From Camelus ferus (Eukaryota), in assembly GCF_009834535.1 (NCBI RefSeq), contig NC_045696.1:107944001-108008000 (forward strand): a stretch of 64,000 nucleotides of DNA. Direction: 5' to 3'. The notes beneath the pieces were generated by a model. That model saw nothing but the letters and a program-made list of their open reading frames with translations. It was not told where the DNA came from and made no database searches. Positions 12,180 through 24,015 of the stretch are shown here, one piece after another. Position 1 is the stretch's first letter, and every line of letters starts with the position of its first letter. Both the position numbers and the translations under genes were made by a program.

Positions 12180-13480
12180 CCAGCTGAACAAGATTCTTCC
12201 CTTACACTATTCACAAAAATAAATTCCAGGTGAATTAAAGACTTAAAATTTTATGTTAAAGTATAAGAAAATGTAAGATTCCATGTTTATATCTTCAGGG
12301 CACGAAAGACATCCATTAAAAAGTTAGTAAAGGAAAAAAAAAGTCAGTAAAGTCAAAAGCCATAAAGGCAAAGGCAGGTAAATCTGACATCAAAATTATA
12401 AACTGCTACTAACAAAGAAAGAGGACTGTAACAGATTGGAGAAAAATGCACCATTTTCATAAATAAAGAATGAGTATCTAGAACTCAAAGAACTTCTATA
12501 AATAAATAAGAAGTATCTGCTATGCTGCATTTAACAGAAAAAAAAAAAAACAAAAATAAGAGTGCTTAAAGAAAACAGATGTTAAATTTCTCTCTTACAC
12601 AAAAGAAGTTGAAAGCTGGTGCAGCAGCTCCATGAAATGCTCCAACCCAGACTTTCTGGCTCATTAAGCTACCACCATGGTCCTCATGGTCTAGGATGGC
12701 TGTTAGAGCTCCAGTCATTACACCTCTGTTCTAATATATAGGATGGGTGAAGGGATGAGGGATTGCTTTCTCCCTTGAAGGAGACTTCAGAAACTCACAC
12801 CAAACCCTTCTGCTTATGTATCATTGCTAAAACTTACATGGTTATACTTAGTTCCAAGGAAGCCAAGGAATATAGTCTTCTAGATGGGCAGCAATGGACC
12901 TGGCTAAAAGCTGGGGTTCCTATCACTAAAGATGAAAGAAGAATGGATCATGGGAGGTAACTAGCATCTTTGCTATGCAATCCAAATAGAGAAAGAAAGA
13001 AAGACAGACAGACAGATAAATGGTGAAAAACTTGAGAAAAGATACTTAACCACAGGGAGATAAAAATTAAAACAAGGAGAGAGGAGTTTAAAAAATTTTT
13101 GAGAGATGTAGAAATTTGCAAACTTGTGAAGGCATGAGGATTTTTAGCCTTTGTTAATTCTTCTTTAACCAAGAGAATATATTCTATATTCCTAGTGCAA
13201 CTAAAAGTAATAAAAGTATTTTATTTATTAAAAAACTTAAACACATTACTGCTTTTAATTGTAGTACATATTATATAGTTACATAATATTAATATAGACA
13301 CCTTGAGGACCAATTTGGCATTATCTATTAAAATTTTGATTCTCTGATTATATGACCCAGTAATTCTATACAATATAAACATTCACATATTTGCATAAGT
13401 ACAAGGACGTTCATTGCAGTAATGTTTAAAAGAGAGAAAATTGGAAACGACCCAAGTGTTCATCATTAGGGAAATAGCCC
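12180..13480 (+). mobile_element. Older L1M 3' fragments, interrupted by an MLT1 LTR
   Basis: cttacactattcacaaaaataaattccagg...gacttaaa; tatgacccagtaattcta; ttggaaacgacccaagtgttcatcattaggg. Confidence 0.6.
12515..12980 (-). mobile_element. MLT1J/K-like MaLR LTR
   Basis: ggtcctcatggtctaggatggctg...gctccagtcattaca; gttccaaggaagccaaggaatatagtctt; gaatggatcatgggaggtaactagca. Confidence 0.7.
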
Positions 13481-14499
13481 TACTTAATTTTCTTCAGAGC
13501 ACTATTACCACAACCTGAAATTGCATCATTTATTTATCTAATTTTTTGTCATCTAGGAAATTAGCTTATCCAGGAAAAGAGCAGAGGCAAGGAGAATATA
13601 TTCATACAATACTTGTTTGGTCAAAAATTCATTAGAAATAATGCATTGTCTTTTAAAATAATAAACCAAAATCATTCCAGCCTTTAATAACATGATCCCG
13701 CCAGAGGGCCCTCATGAAGGCCTGGAGGTTTGCAGACAGGCTCAGAAACAATGACCTAGATGAAGCCTTTGAACTTGCTATTCAGAGAGTCTGTCATTGG
13801 ACGTGATCTGTTACCCTTCTCTTTAGGGTCTGAGGCATTTCAGAGTAAAATCAACAAACTCTCTCCATTATGTGGAACTCTTAACCGCCTTTAATACCTG
13901 AATTCCAGTACTGCTGCTAGCACTGAGTGAATCTCCACTCACTAGGCAGGGCCTGCCATGGGAGAGAGGTCCCAAACAGACTGCCAGGAGAATGCCAAGA
14001 TTGCTAAGACATACTATGCTGAGAAGACAAAATGCTGACACCTGAGCCACAGTGCTTGAGAGGGGCTTGACACTGGTAGAAGTGCTGTGCTCATCAATAC
14101 TCACAAGGAGGATTCCAGGGCTCCATCCCCAAGGCTGTGAAATAGGGAATGTGCCCGTGATCACAAAACGGAAGGGCTAAGTGTGCCTTTGCTACGACTT
14201 GTAAGTCTTTAGTGACATACCCATTCACAGCCACTAATCTTTGCTTTTTATTTCAAACCTCACAAACAAGCAGTTTTCAAGCTGCTTTTTTTTCCCTTTT
14301 TCTTTTCTCTTTTTTAAACTGGAGGGACTTGGTTCAAACTGAAGCTTAAAGATGAATAAACAAATTGGGGGAGAGAAATAGCCTCAGTGCTCAGTTTTGG
14401 AGGGTGGGAGGAACACCCAGACTGCTGAGAACTCTGGGAAGAAGAGCTTGAAAGGGAATGGAGTGCTGTGGAAGATGAACTTTAGCAAAGACCTGAGGG

Positions 14500-15580
14500 A
14501 GGGAGCTTTGTAATTATTAGGGGAAAGTGAAGGTCCTGGGGCAGGAATGCAGCTGCTTTGTTGAAGGAAGAACAAGGCACCATCTGTGACTGGGACAAAG
14601 TAAGCACAGGGGAAGGGAGTAGGAGATGGGGTCAGAGAGGAAAGGCGGGTTTAGATTATGTAGGCCCTTGTAGGTCAGGGTTAAAGTCTCTGAGCTGAGA
14701 ACTTTTACAGGGTCCCTCTAGCTGCTGTGTTGAGAACAGATTTTTCCCTGCAGGGAAACAGCCTATGGTAATAATCCAGGTGAGATATAATGGTCGTTCA
14801 GACAAGGTGGAAGCAGTAGGGATGTGGGATGTGACCAATTCTAGATATGTTCTGAAGGTAAATCCAACAGGGTTTGCTGATAGACTGAACATAGGATGAA
14901 GCAAAAGAAGACAGTCAAAGACGACACCAAGGTTTTTGGCCTGGGCTAGCGGAAGAATGGAGCTGCTATTTATGGAGATGCGGCAGGCTGTGGGAAGAGC
15001 AAGTTTTGCAGGGGAAGATCAGGAGTTCAGTTTTGATATGTCTGTTAGTTATCCAAATGGAGAGCCCAAGTAGGTACTTTGATACCAGAGTGTGAGATTC
15101 AGAGGACAGGTCTCTAACTTGGAGAAAAAATTTGGTAGTCTTTGGTGGTAGAGTTGGTATACAGATAGTATTTAAGGTCATAAGACTGGGTGAAATGCCA
15201 AGGAAATAGGGTTGATAAGGAAGAACAGAGGTTTGAGGAGTAAACAGTGCTCTAACTTTCAGAGGTCAGGAAGATGATGAGGAACAAGCAAAAAGACTGA
15301 GAAAGAACCACTAATGAGGTAGGAGGAAATCCAGAGAATGTAGTGTTCTGGAAGCCAAGTGAAGAAAGCATTTCAAAGAAAGAGGAATAATCAACTGTGC
15401 AAAATGCTGTTGAAAGGTCAAGTAAGAAAAATACTGAAACTTACTCACTGTAGTTAGCAATGTGGAGGGTAAAGGCCTGATTAGCATGGACTCAAGAGAC
15501 ACCGGTGGAAACGAGCTGAAACTCAGTGCATTAGACAACAGAGAGGAACAGATCTGGAGGGGGATACAGGGTCAAGAGAG
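14500..15580 (-). mobile_element. L2 LINE fragment
   Basis: ataatccaggtgagatataatgg...ctagatatgttctgaaggtaaatccaacagggtttgctgatagactg...ccaaggtttttggcctggg. Confidence 0.8.
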
Positions 15581-16069
15581 GCGCTGGTCTTATATTATGA
15601 GGCACTGTGTCTCTAGTATCTAGTACTGTGCGTGGCACATAGTGGTAACTCAATAAATATTTGTTGATTGAACTAAATGAGATCACTAGCTGTTCAATTA
15701 GTAAACAGTCTTAACTCTAGAAGTTTAAAAGCTGATACAGTAAACAGTAAAATGTGAGAATTCTTGGTCCAATAAAGAGAAACGCCTTTATTCTTCTCTT
15801 CATGTCTGAAAACTCTATAGTTTGGAAAACTATGCCTTACATACCTATAGTAGCTAGCCTTAAATTTGAGAGGAATAGCTACAGAATTTGACAAATACAT
15901 GATCTACAAGAAAATACACTTTTAATTCTGGACGGGTACAATCTCTCCAAAAACCTAATGCACCTTGGGGGCGTGTAACTGTACCCAGGGTACAACATGG
16001 ATCCCAGCCCTCTAGCTATGTCATGACTCACTGTGCACCAGATGGAAGACTTCCAGTGGTTGCTGAAGG

Positions 16070-17004
16070 ATCTGACAGGGGTCTAGTATCCAGAATATAT
16101 AAAGAACTCTTAACTGCTCAACAACAAAAAGACAAACAGTCCAATTAGAAAATGGGTAAAGAACTTGAATAGGTATCTGTCAAGGAAGATATACAAATGG
16201 CCAAGAAGCACATAAAAAATGCACAGTATCATTAGTCATTAGGAAAGTGCAAATCAAAATCACGATGAGGCATCACTTAATATTCTCTCGGATGGCAATA
16301 ACCCAAAACCAGAAAATAACAAGTGTTGACAAGGACATGAAGAAACCAGAACTTCTGAACACTGATAGTGAAAATGTAAAATGGTACAGTTGCTGTGGAA
16401 AACAGTTTGGTGGTTCCTCAAAAAGTTAAATAGAATTAACATATGACCCAGCAATTCCACTCTTCGATAGACACACAAAAGAACTGAAACAGACATTCAA
16501 GCTAAAACTCGTACACAAATGCTCTTGGCAGCACTATTTACAATAGCCAAAAAGTGTAAACAACCAAAATGTCTACCAATTGATAAACCGATAACAAAAT
16601 GTGGTATATCCATTTAACGGAATTATTATTCAATCAAAGAAATGAATATTATTTGAAGGAATACATGCTACAATACAAATGAACCTTGTAAATATTAGGC
16701 TAAATGAAAGAAGCCAGACATAAAAAGTCACATACTGTGTAACTCCATTTATATGTGCTCTGAAATAGACAATTCTGTAGAGAAAGAGAGCAAATTGGTG
16801 TTTTCCAGGAAATAAGGGGAGAGAGGAATGGGGAGTGACTGCTTAATGGGTTCAGGGTTTCCTTTTGGGGTGATAAAAATGTTCTGTAATTAAATAATGG
16901 TGATGGTTGCACAACACTGTAAATGTACTGAGACTCACTGAATTGTACACTTTAAAATGGTTAATTTTATGTTATGTAAATTTTAACTCAATAAAAAAAA
17001 TAAA
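16070..17004 (+). mobile_element. L1MB-type 3' end with poly(A) tail
   Basis: ORF2 C-terminal remnant (MQIKITMRHHL...), then L1MB 3' UTR ending ttttatgttatgtaaattttaactcaataaaaaaaa. Confidence 0.9.
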
Positions 17005-18649
17005 TCACACAGCTCACACTTGACAGATTCAAGGCCATGTACCCAAGAACTGACTCTAAGTCCTCTTGCCATGCAACCATTCTGTCTCCTCTACAAACCA
17101 AAGGAGCTCTGGACTACCTTGGCAGTGAACTTTTCCCTCCATATACCACCATCCAGGCACAGTACCTAACTATATTTGTGATAATAGAATTCCTACAATT
17201 GCCCAAGCACATACAAAGTTTCCAAGCAAAATATTTTCTTCTCACAGACTCCCAGTACAAACCTTCTTAGACCGAGGTCTGCTATTCATGTCACAAAGTC
17301 ATCCTTTATCCAGAAGTGAACCATTATCCACCGAATGGATGGACCAATGACAGCTATGAAGTCCAATACCTCACAAGATGAAACTCTTGTCTGCAAAAAG
17401 ACTATAGCAACAGGGCTTATGTCTTCATCTAATAAATACCATTCTTCATCAATAATCCTTGGCATTTTCCAATCCCTATGGTTTCTGTTCTGCAGGCAGA
17501 TCACAACTCTTAGAAACATAAAGTGCGAAACTGACCTTAAACCCTCCTGTGCCAGATTAAGGTTGCCAATGAGGCAGAGGTGGATAAAAGAGACTGGTAG
17601 TGAACATCTGCATGAAAACCCACTCTAAAGAGTCACCTTAAACCAAAGTCTTCAAGATAATAGCATTCATACAACCTTTTGGAAACCAAAGTTTTTTTGA
17701 CGTTCTTTTCTCTCTGAGCTCAATGAGGGCCTACTTCGCCAACTTGTATCCATACTCTTTAATGACCAACAATGATGAAGATTTCAAAGTATGAGGAATT
17801 TTACATGCATGCAACTGGAAAATCAAGCTGCAGTATGAAGTTAATTGGAAAAAATACTGCTGCAAAAACTATTCCTAGGAATCTGACAGCTAGATACGTA
17901 TTCTCTGACACAGCCAAGTATTCCATTTTCAACATACCAACAATCTGGTCTTTGTTCATCAGTTCAATGGGAGGATGTCAGGATCACTGAAGCCCTGCTG
18001 GCCTTTAGGAGCTCTATGGCTTTCCAGATAAGAAAGAGACTAAGGGCCTAATCACCAACATCTGAGTCTCAAGGGTCCTCGCAAAATATCTTCTCAGGGG
18101 AAAGCACAAAGTCTCCAAAACAAATACAAGCAAGACCCTTCTGAAATGGGGTAGAGTAGGTCATCGGCATCACCGAGATACTTCCCTGAAAAGTGAGAAG
18201 AAGCATATGGGTAACCAACAGACTGAGCACTTACCACAGAGGCATATAAGACACCTGCCCCTCTCTCATCACTCCCCTTTTGGGTAAACGTCTCCAAAGA
18301 TTTTTCCAACATTCACCATTTCCATCTCCTTACTTTCTACCTCTTCAACCTAGTTTCTGCCTCTATCAATTTAAAACAGTTCTTGCTGAGGTCAAAGACT
18401 CCATCTTGCTAAATTCAACACATCATTTTCAGTCTACACCTTTACTTGATGACTCCTCTTTTTAAAAATACTCTCTTCTCTTACCTTTTATGACACATCT
18501 TAAACTGGAATTAAATTCTAAAGTAAGTTTCTAAGATAAAAATCAAATATAGTTTAAATTACTCTTGAAAATGCTTTAAATGGCCTATTCATTAAAGCAT
18601 ACCCATTTTTTTGTGTACATAACTCTATGTAGTAGTGAACAGCATACAT

Positions 18650-18693
18650 TATATATATACACACATATACATATATACATACACACACACACA
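18650..18693. repeat. (TA)n/(CA)n microsatellite
   Basis: tatatatatacacacatatacatatatacatacacacacacaca. Confidence 0.85.
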
Positions 18694-18916
18694 TGCAAAA
18701 TAAACAGTAAGTATACCTTCAGAATAGAAGAGTTCCTCTCATCTAATTAAAAACACCTTCAAGCATATTGGGTTAAAAGTTTGCATACCTCAACTGCCAG
18801 CAAGGTGCCATTCCACTGTACCTCTCTGACCATGTCTCATTGCTTTCCTGGGGCTACCCTCCTTCACCCAGCTTTGAAATGCTGGGCCTAAGCCCTCTTC
18901 TCTTCTTTGGCTTTAT

Positions 18917-19050
18917 CAATGGTTCTCAACTTCCATTACTCAGTGGAATCACCTGAGGATCTTTTAAAAATCCCAAACTGCAATTTAGACCACATAAGCA
19001 GAAATAGAAATTTCTGAGGTAGGCCCCAGCATCAGTAATTTTTAACCATT
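18917..19050. mobile_element. MER5A-like hAT MITE fragment
   Basis: caatggttctcaactt...ggaatcacctgaggatcttttaaaaatccc...ggccccagcatcagtaatttttaac. Confidence 0.7.
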
Positions 19051-19084
19051 CAATGTTTCACTATTTCATACTTTCCTCCTAAAA

Positions 19085-19430
19085 CTGGGATCACACACTC
19101 AAATGCCTACAGGGTCAGAGAAGTAAATAAACAAAGCAGGCCAGGAATAAGTTGTAGGAGTGTCAGGCTCTCTGGTGAACTAGAAAGCAGCTTGGATCAA
19201 CTGTGACTTAGCTCCAATCACTTGCTGCCACATGGAAACCCAGCTCAGTAGTGCTACATCTTCTCACTTTTAAAGAAAAGCCCCAAATCTGGATTCTCGT
19301 GGGAAATTTTCAGATTTTAAATTATTGGCAACTAACTCAAAATTAAGCAACAACAAAAACTATTGTATGTGAAAAACAAAACACATCTGTAAACCAGATT
19401 CAGCTACGGGCTCTGGGTGTGCAACCTCTG
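19085..19430. mobile_element. MER102-like hAT-Charlie element
   Basis: actcaaatgcctacaggg...ttggcaactaactcaaa...aaacaaaacacatctg...gcaacctctg. Confidence 0.8.
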
Positions 19431-19844
19431 CTCTCAGTAACACCATCTATGCCCTGCAACTTACACCTAAATATCTGTATCCCCCGTTCAGCCCACTCCT
19501 CTGGGCTCTGGATTTGAATTATCAAATGCTTATGTGACATCTCCAATTCTCATCAGCCCCAAAGTGAACTGCAATTTAAATTACCTCAAAACTATTTATC
19601 CTTTCAGTGTTTTCTAGCTCAGGGAACAACTCCACCATTCACCTGGCTGGGAAAGTGAGAACCTTGGGCTTCATCCTATGCACCTGTTTCTCCCTCTCAC
19701 TGCTTGTACCATATCAGTTATCAAATTCTGTCAATTATGCCTCCTAAATATCTCCCCTGCACCCATCTACTTCTGTCCATCTCCTCTGCTACCACCCTGG
19801 TCCCAGCTGCCATCTTTCCTCTACCATCCCACAATGTGGTTTGC

Positions 19845-19984
19845 TCTCTGTAGCCATGGATGTGAACCCACAGATATGGAGGACTGACTGTACTACTTCA
19901 TTTTAAATAGGACTTGAGGACCTGTGGATTCTGATACCCACGGGGTCCTGGAACTAATCCCCAGGGGATACTGAGGGCCGACCA
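19845..19984. mobile_element. TcMar-Tigger (MER2-like) terminal fragment
   Basis: gtggattctgatacccacggggtcctggaactaatcccaggggatactgagggccgac. Confidence 0.65.
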
Positions 19985-20330
19985 TATTTGCCAGCTCAGG
20001 CTGCCATAATAAAATAACTTAGACGGGGTGGCTTAAACAACAGAAATTTATTTTCTTATGGTTCTGGAGGGTAGACGTTCCAGATCAAGGTCTGGCATGG
20101 TTGGTTTCTGGTAAGGACTCTCGTGTTGGTTTGCAGATTGCTACCTTCTTAATGCGTGCTCACATAGCCATTCTTCCCTCTTTTTCCTATAAGGCCGCCA
20201 GATTAGGGCACCACCTTTATGATCTCATTTAACCTAATTACCTCCTAAAAACTCTATCACCAAATATAGTCACAGTAGGGTTTAGGGCTTCAAAAAGCAA
20301 TTTTAGGGGGACACAATTCACTCTACAGCA
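19985..20330 (-). mobile_element. MLT1A-like MaLR solo LTR
   Basis: ggctgccataataaaata...ggtggcttaaacaacagaaatttattttc...tcatttaacctaattacctcc...gggggacacaattca. Confidence 0.85.
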
Positions 20331-20489
20331 CACTGTAACCTATAACACTCCATAGCACACGGTAACGTCAGTTGTCTCCAACATTCACTCTTCTTCCCTT
20401 CCAAGCCATGTTCTCCAATGTGACCAGAGTAGTCTTCTACAACCACAAATAAAAATAATCTTTTACAAAAACACTTACAAATATGTGCA

Positions 20490-20860
20490 CACATATTTGA
20501 TCCAACAATTCCACTTTTAGGAATTTATCCCATATATATATTCACACACATGTGAACTAGCATATGCATAGTGCTATTATAGTAAATTGTTGGAAACAAT
20601 TGAAATGTCCCTCTATTATAATCTGTGGTGTACCTACACAATGGAATACTATAGAGTCATTCAAAAGAATAAGGAAACTATATATTGGAATGGAGACTTT
20701 CAGGACACTTAAGACAACAAAACAAGGAACAGAACAGTGTGTACAGTATGCTACCATTTGTGTAAACAACAGAAGAAAAGAATATGCATTTGCTTGAATG
20801 CCCACAGGAAATGTCCAGAAAGATACACAAAGCCAGTAACAGTGGTTCCTCCTTGGAAGC
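20490..20860 (+). mobile_element. Old L1M 3' fragment
   Basis: tttgatccaacaattccacttttaggaatttatcc...acaatggaatactatagagtcatt. Confidence 0.65.
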
Positions 20861-21009
20861 TATGGGGAAGACGGCAGCTAGGGGAAGGAGCAGAACCCAC
20901 TGCAGACATTCTTGATCTAATGGGCCTGGAGCATGGCCCAGTATTGTTCGAAGTTCCTCCTGTGATTTTAGTAAGCAGGCTGGACTGAGAACTGCTGCTT
21001 ATCTCCTTT

Positions 21010-21440
21010 CCCAGGTTCATTTTGTATCATCCAGCCCCTATCATTCTCCATCCTCCAGCCACACTGGGCTCTGAGTTTGCAGAAAAGGTACTGTTCCTTC
21101 TGCCTGGAATATTGTCCCCCTAAGCTTGCCTTGTAACTTCTATTTATTCTTCAGAGTCCACCTCACCTTAAAGGTTATTTCCCAAGGAAGCTTTCCAAAC
21201 TAGGTCAGGACCCTTGTTTTATGTACTCAGAATGCTCTGTACTTCTTCCAGAATCTATCACAATTATAATGAGTAACTGTATAATTATACATATATGTCT
21301 GTAATTCTCTTTAGACTGTAAGGTCCAGGGGTGCAGAGACCTCATCTGTGGTTTTTACTGCTGTATTCCCAGACCTGAGTGAACGTCTGGCTGGCAAAGA
21401 AGGCCCTCCCTCAGATATTTGTAAAATGAGTGAATAATTG
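21010..21440 (+). mobile_element. L2 3' end
   Basis: tagactgtaaggtccaggggtgcagagacc...gatatttgtaaaatgagtgaat. Confidence 0.7.
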
Positions 21441-21537
21441 CTCCTGCCCTCAAACCTAGTCGGGTAGAGAAAATCGACATAGAAGCAAATGAGGATAATG
21501 CAGTGTCACTAGAATTAAGACAGTAGTTTATCTAGAA

Positions 21538-21770
21538 CAGTGGTTCTCAACGAGGGGTGATTTTGGCCTTGATACCTGGCAAGGTCTGGAGGCATTTTTG
21601 ATTGTCACAAGTGTGGGTTCTCTGACTGTTTGACTGTCACAACTGTGTGTGTGGGGGGGGGCTACTGGTAACTATTAACTAGACACCTGGAATGCTCCTA
21701 CACATCCTATAATGCACACGACAGCCTTCCACAACAAAGAATGATCTGGTCCAAAATGTCAACGGTACCT
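21538..21770. mobile_element. MER20 hAT-Charlie element
   Basis: cagtggttctcaacgaggggtgatttt...tctggaggcatttttgattgtcacaa...ccacaacaaagaatgatctggtccaaaatgtcaa. Confidence 0.85.
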
Positions 21771-23746
21771 ATAATTTAGAGGATGGTCATATCTAAAAGA
21801 GTGATCAATTCTACTCCAGGAGGTGGATTTTTTGAGGTGGGGGGAGTGGGGGGGGGGGATGGGGAAGATGTCAAGAAAAGCCTCAGAGAGGAAATAAAGC
21901 TTTAAGCTGTGTGTTGAAGAGTGGCAGGGACCATATCAGTGTAGACTATGTTTTCCAGAGGTAATGAGGCCTCTGAAGAGTTTAAAAGCCAAATTGTGGT
22001 TTGGAACAGCTTCCAGCCTCAAGTATCTCATACTCCTATATTACTCACCTCCTTATTCTCTTCTTGCTGAAACAAAACTTTCATTCTCTTAGGGCAGTGG
22101 TTTCAGCTAACCACTAAGGCCAAATTAATTCAGACTAAGATAAAGTCAGATAGCCCTTTCACTCTCTAGAATGTTAGCTACATTTAAAAATATACAAATA
22201 CTCATGAATACAAATAAATCTTTAACTGCTAATGTTCAGATTATTAGTAGCTAAAGCTATTTTTTGAACTCAGCAGTCAAGTTGGTCCTGGTAAAAACTT
22301 CTCCAAAGCTTTCTATTTTTTTTTTAACTTTTGTCTTCCCTGTCCTTAATTTCTGAACTCCCAGATTTAGAAAAGATCCACAATTTTTCCACAAGTATCT
22401 CATCCTATAAGTTTTTCTGCCAGAGAAGATAGGAGAGACATTTGGATGCAATCAACGTGAATAAATTGTATGTATAAATTAGGAGTGGTCTATAGAGTCT
22501 TTAAAGGCTTCACTAAAAGTCATGTCTACTCCTGGAAGAAACGAACTTGAGATAATTTTAAATGGTATTACCAAGAAAGCAAGCCATGTTTTACTATAAC
22601 ACAAGCCTGCTACCTACTAAGCTGGAAGCACACGCTCTGCTCTAGTATGGCAATTCTTAGGGTCTCAGACAGTGCTCTCTTTACAAGAAACTGAGGCCTG
22701 AGACTAATGAAGAACAAAGAAAAATGCCTGGTACGGAACGTTTGGGCGATGTTTCGTACATAAATGATTTAAGGAGGAACACTTCCTCAGATTTTGGAAG
22801 GCACTACAAATCATTTTTTGCTTACGTGTTAAGAATTTTTATTTCGTGTTTTCAGACCATTTTCTAATAAGAAAATACCTTACAATTTACAAAGAGCAAT
22901 TTATCCTCCCTTACATTTGCTGACCACTAAAACTGGATACAATTTCCTCAAGCTTTACCAGAGTCAGAGGATTGGGAATAACGTGAGCACAGCAGAGTTC
23001 AGCTGCAACATCAACTCCAAGACCGGCCAGCTGGTTTCCATCGAGAGGTCCCCCAGGAGAAAGACCCTGGGAGGCGGCGGCCGGGGTTGGCGCGAGAGTG
23101 AGACCCGCCGGGGCGGCCCAAGGGCAGAGCCGGGGTCTGCCCGGCCTCCGTTTACCTTTTTTTCAGGTATTCCCGCTCCCAGCCCGGCCCGGGATCCCGC
23201 CCGAGGCCCCGAGCTGGTGACACATCCTTCTTTGGCCAAGTCGGGCCGAGGTTGGGCAGGGGGCGGGGAAGGAAAATAAAGCCTCAGCGCCTAACGACGT
23301 GACTCTCAGTTCTTCCAAAACGTTGGCATTTGTTTCTCTGCCAAGCTTTCCTGTTAACAAGTTCCCGAGGGCTGTACGGGCGAACTGGCCCCGGAGCCCC
23401 GAAAGTGGGAGGGACCAGGCCGTCCCCCGCCTTCCCTCCTCCGTGGGCGCCTCCGGGGCAGGCCATTTCCACACCGCCTGGGCTGCCAAGGCCCGGGACC
23501 GAACTGGGCGTGCAGAGCCGCCCGCACCACCTTCGAACCCCGACTTTCACGGTTCTCCCAGCCGGGACAGCGCCGCGCGGCCCCGCCGGCCCCTCCAGAG
23601 CCCTCCGGCCAGGCCGGTCTCCGCCCCCAGGCCCCGGCCCCGCCCGCCCGGGCCTCCGCGCGCCGCCCCCCGGCCTTGCCACAACCCGCGGGTCGGACCG
23701 GGGGCGCGAGGGTTCCAGGCCGAGCGGCGGGCAGCTCCACGCCTAC

Positions 23747-23870
23747 CTCAGCGCCCTCGGCTCCTCCTCCGGCTGCTGCCTCCGCTCGCGGACAGCGTTG
23801 GGCACCAGGGCTCCCGGCGGCCTCGGGCTGTGCGGCTACGAGCGCTGCGCGTGAGGAGCTGAGGCCCGAG
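23747..23870 (-). other. Probable first exon (no ATG; TSS position approximate)
   Basis: Lies just downstream (on the minus strand) of the GC-box cluster and ends ...ggcgctGAG|GTAGGC. Confidence 0.55.
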
Positions 23871-23872
23871 CG

Positions 23873-24015
23873 CGCCCCGCCCAGCCGCACGTCCACCCCC
23901 TCCCACTCCTCAGCCCCACCCTCAGTTGCCGCTCGGCGCCCCGCCCCCGCCAGGTCCCGCCCCGCCCAACAGGCCCCGCCCCTTCCGCGGGCCCCGCCTG
24001 CAAGGTCCCGCCCAC
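23873..24015. promoter_or_regulatory. Sp1/KLF GC-box cluster (TATA-less core promoter)
   Basis: Repeated CCCCGCCC/CCCGCCC/GCCCCACCC motifs near 23875, 23913, 23939, 23956, 23974, 23992 and 24007. Confidence 0.8.

Larger units (their letters stand above)
18310..19825 (+). mobile_element. Fragmented L2, split by MER5A and MER102
   Basis: tcttgctgaggtcaaagactccatcttgctaaattcaa; tcaaatgcttatgtgacatctcca; caaattctgtcaattatgcctcctaaatatctc. Confidence 0.6.
1..23900 (-). other. 5' end of an unidentified RNA Pol II gene (exon 1, ~23.7-kb intron 1, start of next exon)
   Basis: CpG-island promoter with a GC-box cluster at 23870-24015. Minus-strand donor GAG|GTAGGC at 23747/23746. Minus-strand acceptor ...tttctttgacattctgtctgttctgcag|ATG at 4/3. 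Plus-strand AATAAA cluster at 24799-24842 fits the upstream-antisense side. Direction and connectivity are inferred. Confidence 0.6.

Noticed and set aside
13868..14164. 98-aa minus-strand ORF with a hydrophobic stretch and an internal GTGAGT
   Set aside because: Non-ATG start, no recognisable homology and no clear flanking acceptor.
18186..18236. Minus-strand donor (GTG|GTAAGT) and acceptor (cttttcag|G) pair
   Set aside because: They would define an intron of only ~48 nt, too short for mammalian splicing.
21839..21864. G-run cluster (possible G4)
   Set aside because: Low-complexity homopolymer run between repeats with no supporting context.
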